Shown: positions 18,219 to 25,946 of the stretch, piece by piece
Numbering within the stretch: the first letter of the stretch is position 1
How the letters are laid out: each line of letters starts with the position of its first letter
Assembly: GCA_017993955.1 (NCBI GenBank)
Contig: JAGOLR010000006.1
Coordinates: forward strand, 1 to 59,524
Direction of reading: 5' to 3'
Length of the DNA: 59,524 nt
Source: Candidatus Omnitrophota bacterium
GTDB lineage: Bacteria; Omnitrophota; Gorgyraeia; 2-01-FULL-45-10
Made by a program: the position numbers and the translations under genes
The notes under the pieces: model-generated
The model's database searches: none
Seen by the model: the letters and a program-made list of their open reading frames with translations, nothing else
What the model was told of the DNA's origin: nothing

Positions 18219-18234
18219 TGGCACACTTAATGCT
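18219..18234 (+). promoter_or_regulatory. Sigma-54 (-24/-12) promoter TGGCACacttaaTGCT
   Basis: GG and GC exactly one helical turn plus 2 apart as in consensus TGGCACG-N4-TTGCW; intergenic, 138 nt upstream of the sugar transferase ATG; sigma-54 activator encoded at 24519. Confidence 0.6.
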
Positions 18235-18247
18235 TTAAAGTTTGTAT

Positions 18248-18385
18248 ATGAAGAAAATTATTGATGCTTTTGGCCAGTTCATCGATGACTTAAAGAGCGA
18301 TATCGACGTCTATCTTACTATACGCAGGTACGCCAGAATAGATAAGAAGGAGAAGAGGTCTAAGATAGTTTATGCGAAAGATTAA
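18248..18385 (+). CDS. Possible 45-aa leader/small protein (MKKIIDAFGQFIDDLKSDIDVYLTIRRYARIDKKEKRSKIVYAKD)
   Basis: ATG ~3 nt after the predicted sigma-54 start site, overlaps the transferase start by 14 nt; no homology recognised. Confidence 0.25.
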   Translation: MKKIIDAFGQFIDDLKSDIDVYLTIRRYARIDKKEKRSKIVYAKD

Positions 18386-19148
18386 ATCAGGTTTTCAATA
18401 CATTTTTATAGCATCCTTCCTCGTAATATCCACGCTATTTCTGATAGGCTTATGTTATGCGCAGGCAGATACTCAATCTCCGCTTGTTGTGCCGGAGCCG
18501 AGTACTGTGGCGCTCATGTCCACAGGATTTATCGGTTGGATAATACGTTTTGCCAGAAGGCGTTTTCAGGAGTTTAAGCGTATCTTCGATGTGGTCTCTT
18601 CGGCTATCGGCATAGTAGCGGTTTCTCCGGTTATCGCGCTTACGGCGGTAGTTGTAAAGACCGTATCGCCGGGCCCGGTATTTTTCAGACAAGAGCGTGT
18701 AGGTTTAAACGGAAGACTCTTCGATATTTATAAGATAAGGACGATGCGTCTAGACGCCGAAAAAGCTACAGGACCGGTCTGGGCCCAGGAGAATGACCCG
18801 CGCCTTATAAAATTCGGAAAACTGATACGCAAGATGCACATAGATGAGCTGCCCCAGCTTTATAACGTACTTAAGGGTGAGATGAGCATAGTGGGGCCGA
18901 GACCCGAGAGACCTGTTTTCGTAAAAGAATTGAGTAACCAGATCGGCGATTATGCAAAAAGAATTCAGGTAAAACCGGGCATAACCGGTCTTGCCCAGGT
19001 ATGGCACAAGTATGATGAGACTCTCCAGGATGTAAGGAAGAAAGTGAAGTATGATCTCCTATATATAAGAGAGATGTGCCTTATGGTGGATATAAGAATA
19101 CTTATGAGGACAGTGCTTGTTTCGGCTCGAGGAAAGGGTGCAAGATAA
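18372..19148 (+). CDS. Polyprenyl-phosphate glycosyl-1-phosphate transferase (small bacterial sugar transferase, PglC/WbaP-C type) with N-terminal signal peptide + PEP-CTERM-like module
   Basis: KRIFDVVSSAIGIVAVSPV re-entrant helix, PGPVFFRQERVG, DELPQLYNVLKGEMSIVGPRPE; preceded by VPEPSTVALMSTGFIGWIIRFARRRF. Confidence 0.9.
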   Translation: MRKIKSGFQYIFIASFLVISTLFLIGLCYAQADTQSPLVVPEPSTVALMSTGFIGWIIRFARRRFQEFKRIFDVVSSAIGIVAVSPVIALTAVVVKTVSPGPVFFRQERVGLNGRLFDIYKIRTMRLDAEKATGPVWAQENDPRLIKFGKLIRKMHIDELPQLYNVLKGEMSIVGPRPERPVFVKELSNQIGDYAKRIQVKPGITGLAQVWHKYDETLQDVRKKVKYDLLYIREMCLMVDIRILMRTVLVSARGKGAR

Positions 19149-19170
19149 TTTTTTAAGGGACAACTAACTT

Positions 19171-19860
19171 ATGAAGAATATGATATTAGCATTGGTTATT
19201 ACAATGATGGTTATTGCGGCATGCGCTTCGAATGCCTATGCAATACCCGCATTACAACTCTACATACCCGGATCAGAGTATATAGATGGAGAGGATCCAT
19301 ATACTTGGTCAAGCGAGAACTGGTATACCCCGGATTCCTCATTCAATATTCAAGTGATGGCAGTAGAAAAATTTTCCTCGGTAACATTGGTGGTGGCGGT
19401 TCCGGGTGGTCAAGAGGGGGGCGTTATTATAAATGGCTCTTCATACGCAAGCGGCCAATTTGGTTACGGTACCCCAGTGATGGGTATCGCAAAAAATGGT
19501 AAACCTGACTATATGCCTTCGCATTCTATATACGATACCTCATATCTACTATATAATCTCGGACCGATAACGGTGCTTGATACTCCAGTATACGATGAAG
19601 TTGCGAGGTATTATGGGGAAGAGGGCATTACGCCTAAGCCGGGGGCTGTTATAGAGCTCGATTTTTCCAAAACAAATTTCAGTATGGCCCATTTTGACGT
19701 TTTTGGGACTACTGAAGATGGCCAGATAAAATTTGCTCCTTTCGGCCACGATGCTGAAGACGGGCCTGTGCAGCATTCCCAGACGCCGGAGCCGGTTACG
19801 ATGGCGTTATTTGGTTTAGGCCTGGCGGGAGTGGCAGGGCTTAAAATAAAGAAGAGTTAA
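19171..19860 (+). CDS. PEP-CTERM sorting-domain protein 1
   Basis: Signal peptide MKNMILALVITMMVIAACASNAYA; C-terminus TPEPVTMALFGLGLAGVAGLKIKKS. Confidence 0.85.
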   Translation: MKNMILALVITMMVIAACASNAYAIPALQLYIPGSEYIDGEDPYTWSSENWYTPDSSFNIQVMAVEKFSSVTLVVAVPGGQEGGVIINGSSYASGQFGYGTPVMGIAKNGKPDYMPSHSIYDTSYLLYNLGPITVLDTPVYDEVARYYGEEGITPKPGAVIELDFSKTNFSMAHFDVFGTTEDGQIKFAPFGHDAEDGPVQHSQTPEPVTMALFGLGLAGVAGLKIKKS

Positions 19861-19904
19861 CGAGTTGACGGGTTAGCGGATTTTTATCAATGGAAGGGAT
19901 ATGT

Positions 19905-20645
19905 ATGAAGAAGACTATTGTGGCTGCGGTTATAATCTTAACGGCTGTCGCCTCGCCGGCTTTTGCAAGTTTCATCGGTACCGAGATAAGTTTGAACCAT
20001 CGCTATGGTCGATCAAGCGATATCAAGTCGGGCCAGCCGTATGAACTTTGGCGTGTTCTATCCGATATGGGGTATGCGGCTCTTGCCGATGATGTGAGAA
20101 GGGATGTACTTGGCCAGACCACATCTTCGGCTTATAGCGCTTATAAAAATGCCTTCTGGCAGACATGCAAATATAGCAATTATCTTACTATAGAGGTTTC
20201 GGCTTATTCGTCTGCCAGTAAATTTGGCTGGTACGAAAAAGGTTTTGCCGACGATGTGGGGGACATGTCTAAATCTACTTGGGCTACCGTGTTTACAGGT
20301 GTTGATGGGGCAGGCTCTACCGCGGTGTTTAAAAATAGAAACCAACTCGGGTTCTGGATAAACCCGAATGGCGTTGCGGGCAGGTATTATTTTACTGATG
20401 CCGCTTCGAATGGCGGTAATCTTCAAGCCGTTACATTTGAGCTTGGAGGATATCAGGGGTATGACCAGGATGATTATCTTGTATGCTTTGAGGACCTTAG
20501 ATATTCTTCATGCGATTGCGATAGAGATTTTCAGGATATGATAGTCAGAGTCCATACTTCAAGAGAATGTCCCGAACCTATCACCATGGCCCTATTTGGC
20601 TTGGGGGTGGTTGGCGTTGCTTTAAGTAGATATAGGAAACATTAA
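19905..20645 (+). CDS. PEP-CTERM sorting-domain protein 2 (DUF4114-like segment)
   Basis: Signal peptide MKKTIVAAVIILTAVASPAFA; DYLVCFEDL...DRDFQDMIVRV; C-terminus CPEPITMALFGLGVVGVALSRYRKH; start 19905 has GGAAGGG 6 nt upstream. Confidence 0.85.
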   Translation: MKKTIVAAVIILTAVASPAFASFIGTEISLNHRYGRSSDIKSGQPYELWRVLSDMGYAALADDVRRDVLGQTTSSAYSAYKNAFWQTCKYSNYLTIEVSAYSSASKFGWYEKGFADDVGDMSKSTWATVFTGVDGAGSTAVFKNRNQLGFWINPNGVAGRYYFTDAASNGGNLQAVTFELGGYQGYDQDDYLVCFEDLRYSSCDCDRDFQDMIVRVHTSRECPEPITMALFGLGVVGVALSRYRKH

Positions 20646-20681
20646 TATTAGTCATTATAGATAAAAAATGGAGGTGGATGG

Positions 20682-21356
20682 ATGAAAAAAATAGTTGTTG
20701 TAGCTGTTTTAATATTGATTTTTGGATTTGCCGGTTCAGCGTATGCGACCGTAACGCCAATATCATATCCGACCGGATATAGCGAGAAATGGCTCGATAG
20801 AGACAGGTGGCTTTCTACGTCTATAATAGGGACGCTATTCGGTTTAAATAATGTCACGAGGATAGATGACGATCTGGACCAGATATGGGCGGCCGGCGCT
20901 AACGCAAATGTCAGAGCCGTTGCTAAGTATGCCGGGGACGCTCAGCGTCTATACGCCGGAACTACCCATCTTTTGGATATAACAAGCGGCAATTTCTGTA
21001 GCCTGACAAGCGGCGCTACGGCAGGTTTCACCGCTTCCGGGGCTTTCAAATTTTACGATGACTCGGGTCCGGCTGGCGGGACGATCTGGAGCTCGTTGGT
21101 AAGCGAGAATTCGGACGGTCGTGACCATATGGTTACTTACAGGATAATCAATTCCGGTGGTACAAATTATTCCATTGGTGACTATGTCATAGCCTGGGAA
21201 GACGGGACCGACTGGGATTATAACGATATGGTGTTTGTGCTTCATGATGTGACCAATAATCCCGAGACTAGTCACGCTACTCCTGAGCCGGCCACGATGG
21301 CGCTTATGGGGCTGGGGTTGGCGGGGTTAGTGGCGCGTAAGAAAAAAAGAATTTAG
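20682..21356 (+). CDS. PEP-CTERM sorting-domain protein 3 (DUF4114-like segment)
   Basis: Signal peptide; YVIAWEDGTDWDYNDMVFVL; C-terminus TPEPATMALMGLGLAGLVARKKKRI. Confidence 0.85.
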   Translation: MKKIVVVAVLILIFGFAGSAYATVTPISYPTGYSEKWLDRDRWLSTSIIGTLFGLNNVTRIDDDLDQIWAAGANANVRAVAKYAGDAQRLYAGTTHLLDITSGNFCSLTSGATAGFTASGAFKFYDDSGPAGGTIWSSLVSENSDGRDHMVTYRIINSGGTNYSIGDYVIAWEDGTDWDYNDMVFVLHDVTNNPETSHATPEPATMALMGLGLAGLVARKKKRI

Positions 21357-21428
21357 CTCTGAGCTTTGTGCTATGCGCTGTGTGCTTAATATCTTAGCCC
21401 ATAGCTCATAGCACAAAGCCCCTAGCTC
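21354..21428. repeat. Long imperfect palindrome built of 7-nt units (TAGCTCT GAGCTTT GTGCTAT GCGCTGT GTGCTTA / TTAGCCC ATAGCTC ATAGCAC AAAGCCC CTAGCTC)
   Basis: 13-bp perfect stem GCTTTGTGCTATG/CATAGCACAAAGC plus extensions; lies between PEP-CTERM genes 3 and 4. Confidence 0.6.
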
Positions 21429-21466
21429 TAATATAGTAAAATTCACGAACGGAAGGAGGTGAACAG

Positions 21467-22066
21467 ATGAGAAAAGCTTATTTAGTTCTGTTTGTTTTGC
21501 TGATGGCAGCAGCTATGCCTGTAATTAGCGCTGAGGCAGCAATACTGGCGGATGGGTATACGACTTATGCTGCCACTTCATTTGATGCTGTGGTGTATTG
21601 GAGGGTATATTCACCGTTAGATACTTCGTCACCGTTGGGTTCGATAAATGACTATAGTTATTTTTATCAAGTCCATAATGCTGGTACTGGGACTGATAGA
21701 TCAATAACTCAGCTTGGCGTTGATAATCCATTCCAGCTGACGATCACCACCGCGGGGTATCTGACAACGCTTAATCTGGACGGGTTATCAGGAACCGTGG
21801 CGCCTAACACTACTACATATGGCGGTGAGAATAGTGGTCTATGGACTTTCCAGACACCATCAATTGGTTTAGGGAAGGACAGCTATTTGCTGTATTTTAC
21901 ATCTCCATATGCTCCTAGTAAGGTTAACGGGGGCGTGCAGGCCGGATCTTATAACGCAGAAGGCCCTGTTCCGGGGCCGGTTCCGGAGCCAGCTAGTATG
22001 GCGTTGCTGAGTATTGGCTTAGCAGGATTCGCTGGTAAAGCACTAAGAAGGAAGTTCAGGTCATAG
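21467..22066 (+). CDS. PEP-CTERM sorting-domain protein 4
   Basis: Signal peptide MRKAYLVLFVLLMAAAMPVISAEA; C-terminus VPEPASMALLSIGLAGFAGKALRRKFRS; GGAGGTG SD. Confidence 0.85.
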   Translation: MRKAYLVLFVLLMAAAMPVISAEAAILADGYTTYAATSFDAVVYWRVYSPLDTSSPLGSINDYSYFYQVHNAGTGTDRSITQLGVDNPFQLTITTAGYLTTLNLDGLSGTVAPNTTTYGGENSGLWTFQTPSIGLGKDSYLLYFTSPYAPSKVNGGVQAGSYNAEGPVPGPVPEPASMALLSIGLAGFAGKALRRKFRS

Positions 22067-22250
22067 TCTCGTATCACGCATTGCGTTAAGCGCGCAGTGC
22101 GCGGTACGGGGGTATGCTTGAACCATTAAGCATGCTTATGTGGGGAGAGCGCAAGATCTTGAGTTTACGCTCCCCCGCCGGACTCATAATTTCTACATCA
22201 TATTTATAAAAGAATTATAAAGGTATTGAGAAATGGTATGAATGAAAGAA

Positions 22251-22279
22251 AAAAGGGGTGAGCGCGATACCCCTTTTTT
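22251..22279 (+). terminator. Rho-independent terminator (AAAAGGGGT-gagcgcgat-ACCCCTTTTTT)
   Basis: GC-rich 5-bp stem flanked by A-run and T-run, after the PEP-CTERM gene block. Confidence 0.55.
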
Positions 22280-22280
22280 C

Positions 22281-22308
22281 TTTACATTTTGTTAGGGTGT
22301 AATATAAT
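22281..22308 (+). promoter_or_regulatory. Sigma-70-type promoter TTTACA-N16-TATAAT, 9 nt from ATG 22318
   Basis: Hexamers read directly; no SD between -10 and ATG. Confidence 0.4.
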
Positions 22309-22317
22309 CTTACAAAT

Positions 22318-23196
22318 ATGAAATACAACATAACAAAAAATTGGACCCAGACCATAGATGCGCTTGCATCCAGGCCGGCTATACTACTGCCTTTCTTTTT
22401 TATAGCTTTCTTCGAAGCGCTCTCCCTGGAGATAATATATTTTTCTAGCAGGAAACCCATCCTTTTAGTCGCAGGTCCTATAGTACGAAAGTTTTTCGGC
22501 GAATCATTTCTGCATTATCCGGGCAATCTTATAATACTACCCAAACTTTTTTATTACGCGCAGACCGTGATATACATATTTATCGGCGTGTTTTTAATAT
22601 CCTGCTCGGTGCAGATATTTAAGAACACGAAGATGAATTTGCCCGTTATACCAAACGCGCTCATCAAAAACAGCGTTAAGCGTTATTTCGCGTTCTTCTC
22701 TTATGCGGTTTTGATAATAGTATTGATAACAGCAGCTCAATCTGCCCAATCCATAGTTTTTTCTAAGATATCCAACTTATCCCAGAAGTATTTGCCGATG
22801 ATACCGGCAGGAACTTTATCTATAACGATATCCTTATTATCGATAATCTCTCTTTTTATCACGACAGTCCTTATCTACACGTTTTTATTTATGGTCATAC
22901 CGATTATGGTTATTCAGGGTAAATCTCTGGTAAAAGCTCTTGGTCAAAGCATCGTTAATGGTTTTCGGCATTTTACCAGCCTTTTCTTTCTTATCTTTTT
23001 TCCGTTCCTGGTATATCTGCCGATTATAATGCTGAAAAGCTTCGCTCTTGTTATAGTAAATAAGACTTTTCCGGAGATCAATCTCTGCGTTATCATCGTC
23101 AGTATAGTATTATCGGCATTTGTAGATTGCTTTATAATAACTTCACTATCCCAATTTCTGCTGGACCATGAAAAGTTAGCGGCGGAAGCATCATGA
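22318..23196 (+). CDS. Polytopic membrane protein, unknown function
   Basis: 292 aa, ~7 hydrophobic segments; no recognised motif. Confidence 0.65.
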   Translation: MKYNITKNWTQTIDALASRPAILLPFFFIAFFEALSLEIIYFSSRKPILLVAGPIVRKFFGESFLHYPGNLIILPKLFYYAQTVIYIFIGVFLISCSVQIFKNTKMNLPVIPNALIKNSVKRYFAFFSYAVLIIVLITAAQSAQSIVFSKISNLSQKYLPMIPAGTLSITISLLSIISLFITTVLIYTFLFMVIPIMVIQGKSLVKALGQSIVNGFRHFTSLFFLIFFPFLVYLPIIMLKSFALVIVNKTFPEINLCVIIVSIVLSAFVDCFIITSLSQFLLDHEKLAAEAS

Positions 23197-24050
23197 AAAA
23201 GACAGTTTTTATACTAATAGCGATACTTATCGCGTTCCCGGTAGCTTTATCTTTTATGAGTTCCTCGTATGAATACGGGGCCGAAAGATTATTGTACAGG
23301 GCTGTCAAACTTAATGAGAAGATAGCGGTTAATCCTGACGTGGCGCCTCCGGTCATGGTGGCTAACGTAGAGAATACATTAAAGGATGTATTGAAGAAAT
23401 ATCCGGAAGCCGACGCTGCAAAAGCGGCCAATCTGGCCCTGGCGGAATTCTATGTGCAGAATAAAAAATATGAAGACGCTTTAAAGCTTATAGACTCCAT
23501 ATTGAGTTCTAAAAAGAGCAATAAAGGCATGCTGAGTTCTGCGCAGTTCATGAAGGGAGCTCTTTATGAGAAGCAGGGTAAGTGGGAAAGGGCACTCCAG
23601 GAATACATAAAACTTAGAGATAATTATAAAGATACCCCGATCGGTCTTCAGATACCTGTATATATAGCGCGCCATTACAGCGAAAAGGGCCAGGATGAAG
23701 CGAAGAAGGCTTATGAAGATGCCGCTAAGTACTATGAGAAGCTGGCGAATGAGTATAAGGGCAAGCCTCTCGGTTACGAAGCGACCAATATGATGATAAG
23801 CATATACTTCGGTTTAAAAGAGTATGATAAGGCGGGAGACGCTGTCGAAAAGGCTGTCGATATATACCCTTTACAACTTACATTATCCCGGTACGCTCCG
23901 TCGATGGAATTTGTCTTTGCCAAGCAGTTGAAAAGGCCTGAGCGCGTAATAAAATTTTATAACGCGGCGATGAAAAAGACCGAAGATCCGAAATTAAAGA
24001 AGGCCTTGCAGGATAGGATCGACGAGCTAAATAAAAAAGATAGCCAATAA
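23193..24050 (+). CDS. TPR-repeat protein with N-terminal signal/anchor
   Basis: MKKTVFILIAILIAFPVAL; TPR-like AEFYVQNKKYEDALKLID, GALYEKQGKWERALQEYIKL; ATGA overlap with upstream gene. Confidence 0.7.
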   Translation: MKKTVFILIAILIAFPVALSFMSSSYEYGAERLLYRAVKLNEKIAVNPDVAPPVMVANVENTLKDVLKKYPEADAAKAANLALAEFYVQNKKYEDALKLIDSILSSKKSNKGMLSSAQFMKGALYEKQGKWERALQEYIKLRDNYKDTPIGLQIPVYIARHYSEKGQDEAKKAYEDAAKYYEKLANEYKGKPLGYEATNMMISIYFGLKEYDKAGDAVEKAVDIYPLQLTLSRYAPSMEFVFAKQLKRPERVIKFYNAAMKKTEDPKLKKALQDRIDELNKKDSQ

Positions 24051-24093
24051 TTGTTAGTGTTAAAAATAGCTAGATTATTTTCTTGATTTGATT

Positions 24094-24429
24094 ATGGATA
24101 AAATGGTAAACTCAAAAAACGTTAAAAATATAAAACGATATCGAAGCCGTAAGGTTAGAGCGGACCGTTACAGAAGATTGATTTCTATGGGCGAGATATC
24201 GAAGGCAATCATAAGTGATCTGTCGGTCCCGCTCGATGCGACGAATAGATTTATAAATCTCGCGCTTCTTAGCGTGGGCGATGGATCACAAGGCAGACAG
24301 TTTTTACTGGATTCGAAGCAGGGTCTGAGAGAGACATCGCTTCTTTTAAAAAGATTGAACACTTACGCTAAGAAGATGGAGGAAGAGATCCGTAGTATCG
24401 TAGATTCTAGCGGCCGCAAGGTCGGATAG
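24094..24429 (+). CDS. Small stand-alone DHp (HisKA)-like protein lacking the phospho-acceptor His
   Basis: RRLISMGEISKAIISDLSVPLDATNRFINLAL aligns by eye to the HisKA block (L..G..A..IAHE..NPL..I.....L) with H replaced by S; no ATPase domain; start among 24088/24094/24103 uncertain. Confidence 0.5.
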   Translation: MDKMVNSKNVKNIKRYRSRKVRADRYRRLISMGEISKAIISDLSVPLDATNRFINLALLSVGDGSQGRQFLLDSKQGLRETSLLLKRLNTYAKKMEEEIRSIVDSSGRKVG

Positions 24430-24447
24430 AATAACGTAATACTACTA

Positions 24448-24476
24448 TTGACAACACCCTAACAAGCGAGTAAAAT
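24448..24476 (+). promoter_or_regulatory. Sigma-70-type promoter TTGACA-N17-TAAAAT
   Basis: Perfect -35, good -10, 42-nt leader to ATG 24519; makes the GTG at 24480 an implausible start. Confidence 0.5.
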
Positions 24477-24518
24477 ATCGTGGCCAATGCTAATAGTTTA
24501 CAATTTCGTCAGGGCGAA

Positions 24519-25904
24519 ATGATAAAAAACCGAATATTAGTTGTTGACGACGATCAATTAGTCCAGAAATCGCTTTATGAGATGCTGTGCCGCGCGGGTT
24601 ACGGCGTGGATATAGCGGATTCTATCAACAAAGCCCTGGACCACCTACATGAAAACTCCTACCAGGTAGTGCTCCTAGACTCAAATATCTCCGATACCAA
24701 ACAATTGACCAGGCTTCTCGACATGCCCTCGAGGCAATCGCGGGTGATATTGCTGGCATCCTACGGCGACGTGGATAATATAGTCAAGAATTTTAAGCCA
24801 AAGATATTCGATTATATAACGCGGCCCGTCGAGGATGAGAAGATACTGAAGATGATCGAGCGTTCTTTCGCCAGCAGACCTGTCGCTATATCCATGGACC
24901 TTTTGCGCGAGAAGGTCGATCTCTCGCCCGAAATATCATATAACGGGCTCGTAGGTATCAGTAAGGGGATGAGGGATATATATTCAGTAGTAAGCCGGGT
25001 GGCCCAATCAAAGGCCACCGTTCTTTTGCGCGGAGAGAGCGGCACCGGTAAGCGCATGATAGCCCATGCTATACATAAGGCCGACAAGATCCGGAAAGAC
25101 AGACCTTTTATAGAGATATCGTGCGGGGCTCTGCCGCGGGAGATAATAGAGAGTGAACTATTTGGCCACACCAAAGGATCCTTTACCGGCGCGACCAATG
25201 ATAGGAAAGGTCGCTTTGAGCTTGCTAACGGCGGCACGATACTTCTCGACGATATAGATACGATGCCTCTGGACCTGCAAGTCAAACTCCTCCGAGTGCT
25301 TCAGGAAAAAGAGTTCGAAAGAATAGGCGACCATAAGACGATAAAGGTCGATGTACGTATAATAGTGTCCACCAACCAAGACCTGGAAAAGCTGATAGCC
25401 GAGAAGAAGTTCAGGGAAGACCTGTACTACCGCGTGAATGTCATCTCTATAAATGTCCCGCCTTTGAGAAGTAGAAAAGACGACCTGAGATATCTTGTAG
25501 AGCACTTTGTTAGGATCTACGTAAAGGAGAATCATAAAAATATCCATTCGGTATCTCAGGACGCTTTTGAGGCCTTGGAGCAATACAATTGGCCCGGTAA
25601 TATAAGAGAGCTGGAAAATATCATCGAGCGGGCTGTTATTTTGGATACAGATAACATAATCGACTGCGACGACTTCCCGAGTCTCATAACTACCAGCGTG
25701 CCCTTGGATGAAAAAGCGGCGGCATCCAAAGATCTGTCAAGCGCAATGGCGGATTGCCTTAAAGATGCATTAAAGGAGCCGGAGAAGGTATATATACTGC
25801 GGATAATGGAAGAGACCGGATGGAATAAACGCAAGGCGGCCGAACGTCTTGGCATTAACCGCACGACGCTGTACAATAAATTAAAAAAACTTAACATACT
25901 CTAA
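24519..25904 (+). CDS. Sigma-54-dependent transcriptional activator (NtrC family: receiver + AAA+ + Fis-type HTH)
   Basis: ILVVDDD, VVLLD; Walker A GESGTGK, GAFTGA-type loop GSFTGA, ESELFGH, C-terminal RKAAERLGINRTTLYNKLKK. Confidence 0.9.
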   Translation: MIKNRILVVDDDQLVQKSLYEMLCRAGYGVDIADSINKALDHLHENSYQVVLLDSNISDTKQLTRLLDMPSRQSRVILLASYGDVDNIVKNFKPKIFDYITRPVEDEKILKMIERSFASRPVAISMDLLREKVDLSPEISYNGLVGISKGMRDIYSVVSRVAQSKATVLLRGESGTGKRMIAHAIHKADKIRKDRPFIEISCGALPREIIESELFGHTKGSFTGATNDRKGRFELANGGTILLDDIDTMPLDLQVKLLRVLQEKEFERIGDHKTIKVDVRIIVSTNQDLEKLIAEKKFREDLYYRVNVISINVPPLRSRKDDLRYLVEHFVRIYVKENHKNIHSVSQDAFEALEQYNWPGNIRELENIIERAVILDTDNIIDCDDFPSLITTSVPLDEKAAASKDLSSAMADCLKDALKEPEKVYILRIMEETGWNKRKAAERLGINRTTLYNKLKKLNIL

Positions 25905-25946
25905 TACGGACCACCCATCAATAGTTAAAGGCTTGGCGAATTTTAA

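Noticed and set aside
24480-24518. GTG start for the sigma-54 activator
   Set aside because: The GTG lies only about 4 nt after the -10 of a TTGACA-N17-TAAAAT promoter. ATG 24519 gives the canonical MIKNRILVVDDD receiver start.
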